Shown here: positions 17,797 to 24,524 of the stretch, in pieces
Numbering within the stretch: the stretch's first letter is position 1
Layout of the letters: every line of letters begins with the position of its first letter
IMG/VR virus record: IMGVR_UViG_3300045136_000892
Reading direction: 5' to 3' (one strand)
DNA length: 64,000 nucleotides
Origin: a virus
The notes under the pieces: generated by a model
What the model saw: the letters and a program-made list of their open reading frames with translations, nothing else
What the model was told of the DNA's origin: nothing
The model's database searches: none
Program-made: the position numbers and the translations under genes

Positions 17797-18833
17797 CGAT
17801 CACCATCCTCACCGGCTGCTGTCTCTCGCTCCTGCAGGCCCTTCCCAGCCAGTCTGTTCATACCTGCGTGACCAGCCCGCCCTATTGGGGACTTCGTGAT
17901 TACGGAATCGCCGGACAGCTCGGCCTTGAGCGGTCTCCAGCCGAGTACGTCCAGCAAATCACCGCCGTTTTCCGCGAAGTTCGCCGGGTCCTCCGAGACG
18001 ACGGCACCCTCTGGCTGAACCTCGGGGACAGCTATGCAAGCCAAGGCGGCACAGGGCACCAGGGGAAGCACGGACAACGGCATGACCGCACCCACACGCA
18101 GCGACAACTGCTAGCGGCTGCTGGCATGTCAGACCTCAAGCCTAAAGACCTCGTCGGTATCCCGTGGCGGGTTGCCTTCGCCCTCCAAGAGGATGGCTGG
18201 TATCTCCGCAGCGACATCATCTGGTCGAAGCCGAACCCGATGCCGGAGAGCGTCACGGATCGGCCGACTAAGTCGCACGAGTATCTCTTCCTGCTGACCA
18301 AGAGCGAGCAGTACCACTACGACGCCAAGGCCATCGCTGAGCCGTGCAACTGGAACCCTGACGACACAAAGATGCCGGACGGATGGGACACTGGGCCCGG
18401 ATCGCATGGCAATTATCACCGGGCCGGACGAGAGCAAGGCGCTCGGGTCAAGCGAAGCGGGAACAATAAACGGAAGTCCGGCACGGAGCGTGGCTGCCCG
18501 GAAGGTTCGGGAGCAAACGTCTGCGGGTCGGTCCCGTGGGAGGGCACGACGAGGAACAAGCGAACCGTCTGGACCGTCGCCACCAAGCCGTTCTCCGAAG
18601 CCCACTTCGCCACCTACCCGCCTGAGTTAATTGAGCCGTGCATCCTCGCCGGTTCCCCACTGGGCGGCACCGTCCTCGATCCGTTCTTCGGCGCGGGGAC
18701 AACCGGGCTGGTCGCTGACCGGCACGGGCGGCACTGCATCGGGATTGAACTAAACCCAGAATACGTTGGCATCGCGGAGCGACGGTTGAGGAAGGATGCC
18801 GGGCTGTTCGCCGACATCGTGGTCGCTGCGTGA
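17793..18833 (+). CDS. N4-cytosine/N6-adenine DNA methyltransferase (beta class)
   Basis: TSPPY, HFATYP and DPFFGAGT motifs. Confidence 0.93.
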   Translation: MTITILTGCCLSLLQALPSQSVHTCVTSPPYWGLRDYGIAGQLGLERSPAEYVQQITAVFREVRRVLRDDGTLWLNLGDSYASQGGTGHQGKHGQRHDRTHTQRQLLAAAGMSDLKPKDLVGIPWRVAFALQEDGWYLRSDIIWSKPNPMPESVTDRPTKSHEYLFLLTKSEQYHYDAKAIAEPCNWNPDDTKMPDGWDTGPGSHGNYHRAGREQGARVKRSGNNKRKSGTERGCPEGSGANVCGSVPWEGTTRNKRTVWTVATKPFSEAHFATYPPELIEPCILAGSPLGGTVLDPFFGAGTTGLVADRHGRHCIGIELNPEYVGIAERRLRKDAGLFADIVVAA

Positions 18834-19861
18834 ACGGGCCCGTCCAAGGCACGCTCTTCGACGTTTCGCCAGACGAACCGCAAACCCACCAGCTCCTCCC
18901 GCTCGATCAGTACGATGTGATCGCCTTGGGGTACAGCGGCGGCAAGGACAGCCTCGCCGCGCTGCTGGACCTGCTCGAACGCGGCGTCCCGCCCTCGAAG
19001 ATCGAGCTTCACCACCACGACATCGACGGCCAGGGCGAGGCCCTGATGGACTGGCCCTGCACCCGGGCCTACGTACAGGCGACGGCCGAGGCCCTCGGCA
19101 TCCCGGTCGTCTTCTCCTGGCGCGAGGGCGGGTTCGTACGGGAGATGCTACGCGACAACGTACCGACCGCCCCGGTGGCCTACGAGCGAAGCGGCGAGCG
19201 TGTCAGCCTGCCGACAAAGCGGGAGACGGCCGGCACGCGGATGAAATTCCCCCAGGTCAGCGCCGACCTGAGCGTCCGCTGGTGTTCGGCCTACCTCAAG
19301 ATTGACGTGATGGCCCGAGTCCTGGCCAACGACCCGGCCTACCAGGGCAAGAAGGTGCTGGTCGTCACCGGCGAACGGCGGCAGGAGTCCTCGGCCAGGT
19401 CGAAATACGCCGAGGCCGAGCCGCACCGTACGAATACCAAGAGCCGGACGGTGCACCAATGGCGGAACGTCATCGACTGGAGCGAGGAACAGGTCTGGGA
19501 CATCATCCGGCGCTGGAACATCCGCCCGCACCCGGCCTATCAGCTCGGCTGGGGCAGAACGTCTTGCCTCGCTTGCATTTTCGGCGACAGCGACCAGTGG
19601 GCGAGCGTCAAGACCATCGCCCCCGAGCGGTTTAAGCGGATCGCTGGGCTCGAACGTGACTTCCGCAGCACGATCCGGAAGGGCCAGAGCGTAGAGGAGA
19701 TCGCCGCGCGAGGCAGGGAGTTCGTATCGGACAAGCCTTCGGAACTCCGGGCTCTGGCCATGTCGCCGGACGCCTTCACGAAGGATATGTTCTTCCTCGC
19801 TTACGGCGAGACGTGGATGCCGCCCGCTGGAGCTTACAAGCGGTGCGGCGGGCCGAGCTGA
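18830..19861 (+). CDS. PAPS-reductase family PP-loop protein
   Basis: YSGGKDS, RWCSAYLK, GERRQES, HPAY and SCLAC motifs. Confidence 0.85.
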   Translation: MNGPVQGTLFDVSPDEPQTHQLLPLDQYDVIALGYSGGKDSLAALLDLLERGVPPSKIELHHHDIDGQGEALMDWPCTRAYVQATAEALGIPVVFSWREGGFVREMLRDNVPTAPVAYERSGERVSLPTKRETAGTRMKFPQVSADLSVRWCSAYLKIDVMARVLANDPAYQGKKVLVVTGERRQESSARSKYAEAEPHRTNTKSRTVHQWRNVIDWSEEQVWDIIRRWNIRPHPAYQLGWGRTSCLACIFGDSDQWASVKTIAPERFKRIAGLERDFRSTIRKGQSVEEIAARGREFVSDKPSELRALAMSPDAFTKDMFFLAYGETWMPPAGAYKRCGGPS

Positions 19862-19865
19862 CGCC

Positions 19866-20345
19866 GTGCATTGGCGGCTCTCATACCGGGCCGATATCGC
19901 CGCCCTGCCTCTGGCGAATCGGCACTACAGCCGCCAACGCCCCGCATCCGGCCAGTTCGTGGCCCCCGGCCGCTGCGTGGTCCTGACGGGCCTGCGAGCC
20001 GACGCCCTGTGGGTGAGCCTCTGGCAGAAGCACGTCGACCACGCCTGGAAGGACGCCTGGGTTTGCTCCCTCTTCCGCAACGAGTCGGCCGAGCTGTCCT
20101 CCGAGCTGATCCGTCAGGCGGTGGCCGCCTCCCGCTTCGTCTGGCCAAGCGTCCCCTCGCAGGGCATCGTCACCTTCGTGGACCCTGACAGGGTACGCCG
20201 GAAGCGCGATCCGGGCCGGTGTTTCGTCCGAGCCGGGTTTCGGCCCTGCGGCACGACCCAGGGCGGCCTGCTGGCGTTCCAGATGACGCCGGATGCCATG
20301 CCGGAGGCCGAGGCTCCGGTGTGGTGCCAGTTCAGACTGCTCTGA
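19866..20345 (+). CDS. Mom-like GNAT-fold protein
   Basis: RHYS; SSELI...IVTFVDP...PGRCF.RAGF..CG.T resembles the Mom/GNAT C-terminal half. Confidence 0.55.
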   Translation: MHWRLSYRADIAALPLANRHYSRQRPASGQFVAPGRCVVLTGLRADALWVSLWQKHVDHAWKDAWVCSLFRNESAELSSELIRQAVAASRFVWPSVPSQGIVTFVDPDRVRRKRDPGRCFVRAGFRPCGTTQGGLLAFQMTPDAMPEAEAPVWCQFRLL

Positions 20346-20388
20346 GCGGGCGGCTTGCGGCTGGTCGGGCCAATCTCCTTTGCCCCGA

Positions 20389-20539
20389 TTTCAGCCCGCC
20401 ACTTGGCCTTTGATCGGGAAAGCTGAAGCCGCAGTCGCCCAGTTCAACCTGCAGCGGGACCCTACCCCCTTCGGTGTGAACTGGTCGCCTCTGGCGGCTT
20501 CGGATCGCTCCCCGGAAGGCCCGATGGGCGGGCCGGAAA
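20389..20539. promoter_or_regulatory. About 150-nt nested hairpin (ssDNA promoter/sso-like)
   Basis: Arms GCCCGCC/GGCGGGC, GGCCTT/AAGGCC, GAAGCCGC/GCGGCTTC, CCAGTTCA/TGAACTGG. Confidence 0.6.
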
Positions 20540-20560
20540 CCGAAGAGAAGGAGAATCGAG

Positions 20561-20830
20561 ATGTCCCAACCAGCACACAAGCTCCGCGACGGCTGCCTGC
20601 AGGCCGTGATCTGGCGCAACACCAGCACCAGCGGCCAGACCTACTACACGGTCAACCCCCAGCGTTCCTACAAGAACGGCGACGACACCTGGCGGGAGAC
20701 CGACAGCCTCAACGCCGACGACCTGCTGGCCATGGCCGAGCTGCTCCGCGAGGCATACGCATGGATCAAGACGCAGAAGCGTGCCGACGCCAAGGGGCTG
20801 CGGGAGCGCGACGGCGTGACGGCGAAATAG
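20561..20830 (+). CDS. PC4/whirly-like putative ssDNA-binding protein
   Basis: AVIWRN...Y.V..RSYK....W.ETDSL...DL pattern; AAGGAG RBS. Confidence 0.6.
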   Translation: MSQPAHKLRDGCLQAVIWRNTSTSGQTYYTVNPQRSYKNGDDTWRETDSLNADDLLAMAELLREAYAWIKTQKRADAKGLRERDGVTAK

Positions 20831-20838
20831 CCGGGCTG

Positions 20839-20867
20839 GGGCGGCCTCCGGGCCGCCCTTTCCTTTT
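20839..20867 (+). terminator. Intrinsic terminator
   Basis: GGGCGGCC-TCCG-GGCCGCCC-TTTCCTTTT. Confidence 0.75.
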
Positions 20868-20894
20868 GACATCGTCGCGAAACCGCGCTACTGT
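20866..20894 (+). promoter_or_regulatory. Sigma70-type promoter
   Basis: TTGACA-N17-TACTGT. Confidence 0.6.
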
Positions 20895-21006
20895 CCCCGA
20901 GCTGCGGCGGCGCGAGAGCGTGACGACCACGGTTCCGGGAGGCTTCGTCTACCAAGTCGGTGGTTAATCAGCCCGGCCCGCAGAGACCCGAACCGCAAGG
21001 AGGCCT

Positions 21007-21540
21007 ATGCCGCGTAAGTCCCGCCGTAAATCCGTCGAATCACCCGCCACCGAGCCCACGCCCGTCGCAGCGGTCCTTGAGCAGTCTCCCATTGCCCAGA
21101 TAATCGCCTCCCGCGAGGCCAAGGCAGAGACCGAACCCGAGCGGCCCATGCCTGAGCCGAGCGAGGCGGATGCCGTCGCCGCGTTCCAGCGGCAGCGTGA
21201 GCAAGAGCAGGCCGTGACCGAGCCTCCCAAGGCCGAAGAGCCGGCCAGGCGTCAGAAGACGTGGGGCGAGACCGTCAGGCCCTGGACGACCCATGCCCGG
21301 GACACCGGCGTCCATCACGTCACGACCACCAGCCCGGACATGGTGGGTATCCGCTTCGACAAGGGCAAGGAGCGCAAGGCTGAGGAGAAGCGAGAGATGG
21401 AGGCGATCGGCCTCCGCTTCTTCACCGAGGCCCAGGCGTGGCTCAAGACCAACCGCGACGGAGCCTTCGATGAAACCCAGGACTTGGCCCGAAAGTTCGC
21501 CGAGCGACGCCGCCAGGCCGAGGCGGAGATCTCCCGGTGA
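21007..21540 (+). CDS. Hypothetical protein ending KFAERRRQAEAEISR
   Basis: AAGGAGG RBS. Confidence 0.7.
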   Translation: MPRKSRRKSVESPATEPTPVAAVLEQSPIAQIIASREAKAETEPERPMPEPSEADAVAAFQRQREQEQAVTEPPKAEEPARRQKTWGETVRPWTTHARDTGVHHVTTTSPDMVGIRFDKGKERKAEEKREMEAIGLRFFTEAQAWLKTNRDGAFDETQDLARKFAERRRQAEAEISR

Positions 21541-21857
21541 GCGGCAAACCGCTGGACTGCGTCGGGGTTGATCCGGCGAGCAGCGAGGTCGGCAAGCACG
21601 ACTTCCGGCCCAGCCCGACCGAGCCGATCCTCTTCGGTCCGGGGAGCATCCCGGAAGCCCGCGAACGCCTCCTCTTCGAGAAGGTCACCGAACTGGCCTT
21701 TTCCCAGAACGAGACCTGCCGAGTCACCCGCGAGCGGAACGCCTTGGCGAAGGCCCTGCAGCTCATTGCCGCCGGGCGGGGTGGAAGCCCCCAGAGATTC
21801 GCCGCTGAGACCCTCGCCAGGCTCGAATCCGGCGAGCTAAGGAAGCCCGCCGCATGA
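21537..21857 (+). CDS. Hypothetical protein
   Basis: GTGA/ATGA coupling. Confidence 0.55.
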   Translation: MSGKPLDCVGVDPASSEVGKHDFRPSPTEPILFGPGSIPEARERLLFEKVTELAFSQNETCRVTRERNALAKALQLIAAGRGGSPQRFAAETLARLESGELRKPAA

Positions 21858-22093
21858 ACTTGCAGGACCGCATCAACGACGTCCAGGTCGGCGATACCGT
21901 TCGTTTTTCGCGTCGGTGGCTGCGGGAGCACAACCGCACCGGAACCGATCTGGCGAAGGCCAAGGGCGTCGTCACCGCGATCGGCGAGGAGGACGGCAGG
22001 CAGCAGGCGAACGTCGAATGGGACCGGGAGGGGATGCCCGATCTGGTGAACGTCCTGAACCTGAGCAAGGTCAGGCAGCGCGAGATCGAATAG
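21854..22093 (+). CDS. Small SH3-like beta protein
   Basis: VGDTVRF...GVVT...VEW pattern. Confidence 0.55.
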   Translation: MNLQDRINDVQVGDTVRFSRRWLREHNRTGTDLAKAKGVVTAIGEEDGRQQANVEWDREGMPDLVNVLNLSKVRQREIE

Positions 22094-22102
22094 CCCCGCC
22101 GG

Positions 22103-22450
22103 ATGCCCCAGGATCATCGCAGCGCAGGGAGCAAGGGCGGAGCCGAGACGTTTCGACGCTACGGGCCGAAGCACATGGCCGAGATTGGCCGCAAGGGCTT
22201 CCAGGCGCTCGTGAACCGCTACTTCAACGGAGATGCCCAGTCCGCGAAGGACTGGCTCCATCTGCAGGCCGCGGAGCGGAAGATCGATGCCTTGGTGTCC
22301 GAGAAGCTGGAAAGCGGCGAGGAGACCTGTGTCGAAATGCCCGTCCTGCTGAGCCCTGACGACGACCCGACATTCGTCGAGCCCGCGAATTGGTGCGACC
22401 GGGTTAAGGCGTCGCGGCAGTTGGCGGAAGAGTTAGACTTGCCGTTCTAA
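22103..22450 (+). CDS. KGG/GsiB-like stress-motif protein
   Basis: AGSKGG...YG..HMAEIGRKG; ends LDLPF. Confidence 0.6.
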   Translation: MPQDHRSAGSKGGAETFRRYGPKHMAEIGRKGFQALVNRYFNGDAQSAKDWLHLQAAERKIDALVSEKLESGEETCVEMPVLLSPDDDPTFVEPANWCDRVKASRQLAEELDLPF

Positions 22451-22480
22451 AATGGGGATCGACCCCGCCCAAGTGGCACC

Positions 22481-23176
22481 CTACACCAGCCCAGCCAGTT
22501 CGGCCTGAATCGGGTGATCCCGCCTCTCCCACCGGCTCGGCGACTGGTGAGCCTCGATCCTCTCCCTCATCAACCAGGCCCGAGCCTCCTTGTTCGGCGG
22601 CGTGTACGGCCCGCGCCACTTCGCCTCGATTCCGATGTTGCGGGCGATGTTCGTGGAATCGGCCGAGGCGAGCGGCAGGCGGGTGAATACCCTCGGGTCG
22701 AGCATCCGCAGGCCGTGCAGCCTGCAGAACGTGCGTCCCTCCCTGTCGCAGGCAACGTCCATCGCCTCGGCCATGCGGCCCCACCAGGCAGCCGTGCCGA
22801 CCGTGGCAAACCGCCCCGAACTGCCAAGGCAGACACGGGGCCAGACCTGGACGAGACGTGACAGGCGGTCCACTGATTCGTGCATGTGCCAGACGGGAGC
22901 CCCGGCCCAGCGGGGGAAGGGCCAGGCGTCGAGAAGGGCGTCGTTCTCGGCCTCCGAGCCGTCGATGACGTCGGGGATGACGGCGAAGTCGAAGGCCGGG
23001 CAGCGGGCCAGCCCCTCGACCCAGGCGTAATAGCCGGACCAGTCCGTGACGGCCTCCCCGGCCATCCAGGCGGAGAAGGCCCCGTTGTCCACGGCGAAGC
23101 TCTGGCAGGCCTCGATGGCGAGCGAGAGCTGTTCCGGGTGGCGGAAGGACACGAAGGCATGGCCGCCGGCTATCAC
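22481..23176 (-). CDS. TGT/DpdA-like TIM-barrel protein, inverted relative to its neighbours and possibly 5-prime truncated
   Basis: DNGAFS, PDVI, PVWH, LHGL and SADST motifs. Confidence 0.55.
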   Translation of the reverse strand: MIAGGHAFVSFRHPEQLSLAIEACQSFAVDNGAFSAWMAGEAVTDWSGYYAWVEGLARCPAFDFAVIPDVIDGSEAENDALLDAWPFPRWAGAPVWHMHESVDRLSRLVQVWPRVCLGSSGRFATVGTAAWWGRMAEAMDVACDREGRTFCRLHGLRMLDPRVFTRLPLASADSTNIARNIGIEAKWRGPYTPPNKEARAWLMRERIEAHQSPSRWERRDHPIQAELAGLV

Positions 23177-23215
23177 CCTGACGGCGGCCGTGGCCGGGGC
23201 GATCGGGAGGGCGGC

Positions 23216-23731
23216 ATGAGCACCGCTCCGACCACTCTCCCGCCCGGCCCGTACCGCTTCGAGCCCGGCGAGTCCGCCGACACTTACCTCATCTTCGCCG
23301 CAGGCGACGACAAGCCGATGGTGGAGATGATCTACGTCGGCGGGGAGGAGGACTTCGCGTCCACGGCCAGAGCTCTAGCCCTACTGTTCACAGCTGCCCA
23401 TAGGCTTCGTTCCGCACTGCGGGCCTCCTCCGATCGCCTGCTCGCCTTGATCGAGGAAGGCCGAGACCTGGAGGAAGACATGGAGGCCTATCAAGAGGCG
23501 TGCGAAGCTTTGGATGCGGCGGCATCCTGCGAGCCCTCCCCGAATTCGCGCGAGGCCCTACTCGTTGCTGCCCTGCGGGCGGTGCTTCCCTACGCGGAGG
23601 CCGAGCTGGCTTCGCTCCAGGAGGCCCAGAAGCGTGACGGTGGCTTGGAAGCCGAAGTCACCGCCTGCGATGCCAAGATTGAGCAGGCCAGCCAGCTTCT
23701 GTCGCAGATCGAAGCGGGGAGGGCGGCATGA
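23216..23731 (+). CDS. Phage hypothetical protein
   Basis: GGAGG RBS; PGPY...LFTAA pattern. Confidence 0.6.
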   Translation: MSTAPTTLPPGPYRFEPGESADTYLIFAAGDDKPMVEMIYVGGEEDFASTARALALLFTAAHRLRSALRASSDRLLALIEEGRDLEEDMEAYQEACEALDAAASCEPSPNSREALLVAALRAVLPYAEAELASLQEAQKRDGGLEAEVTACDAKIEQASQLLSQIEAGRAA

Positions 23732-24054
23732 CCCACGACGATTCCGCCCCTCGTTTCACGACCCTTGGCTCTGAGCAGACCGACACCCACCTCCTGACTC
23801 ACGCGAACTGGTGCCCAGCACCCTACTTGTCCAGCAGAGGCAGTAACGAGACCGGCGTCCGCAGCGTGGTCAACGGCCAGGTTCAGGACGACTTTTTCCT
23901 GATCCAGCATGGCTGGTATGACTGGCAGAAGGCCGCCGAGGTCATCAAGCGTCTGCTGTCGAAGGGCCGGTCCCCCCGCCAGGTCGCTGACGTCATGGGC
24001 TTTATGCGGGAACGCGGCTGGGTCAACCGACCGCCTCGGGCCACGATAGGCTGA
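23728..24054 (+). CDS. Hypothetical protein
   Basis: ATGA overlap; GGAGG RBS. Confidence 0.55.
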   Translation: MTHDDSAPRFTTLGSEQTDTHLLTHANWCPAPYLSSRGSNETGVRSVVNGQVQDDFFLIQHGWYDWQKAAEVIKRLLSKGRSPRQVADVMGFMRERGWVNRPPRATIG

Positions 24055-24059
24055 ATAAC

Positions 24060-24524
24060 CTACCCCACCTCCCGCTCGATCTCCTTGATCTGGATGCTCG
24101 TGATCAGCGCCTCGCCATCCGCCCCGGCGGCGAATCCCCGGTCGCTCAGCCTGATCCAGGACGTGACGTGCCGGTGGATGCCGTCGTAGAGCTTCCAGAG
24201 GTTCAGCCCGCCGATCGTGACCTCCCAGATCTTCGAGCCCACGAACCGCAGCTTGATGATCTGGCCCTCCTTCTCGGCCCTGAACTCGCTGTGGCTGTCG
24301 AGCTGGACGTACTGCAAACTCACCACGCCCTTCGCCCCCAGCAGGCAGTGGAGGGTATAGAGCGGCTTGTTCGCCGCTCTCGCGTGGGCCTGGTACGGGG
24401 CATCGAGGGCGGGCAGTTCGGGCTCGTCGCCCACGCTGGTGGACGCCGATCCTGGTGCCGCCGCGTTCGGCTTGGGGGTCAGCCCGTTCGGCCCTGCGTT
24501 CAGGATGTCATCTAGACCTTGCAT
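24060..24524 (-). CDS. Relaxase-associated hypothetical protein
   Basis: Overlaps the relaxase 3-prime end; GGAG RBS. Confidence 0.65.
   Translation of the reverse strand: MQGLDDILNAGPNGLTPKPNAAAPGSASTSVGDEPELPALDAPYQAHARAANKPLYTLHCLLGAKGVVSLQYVQLDSHSEFRAEKEGQIIKLRFVGSKIWEVTIGGLNLWKLYDGIHRHVTSWIRLSDRGFAAGADGEALITSIQIKEIEREVG

Noticed and set aside
17784-23731. Repeated GAGGGCGGCATGA near 17784, 23207 and 23719 as recombination sites
   Set aside because: Explained by an RBS plus start or overlapping stop/start; too short and context-bound to call att sites
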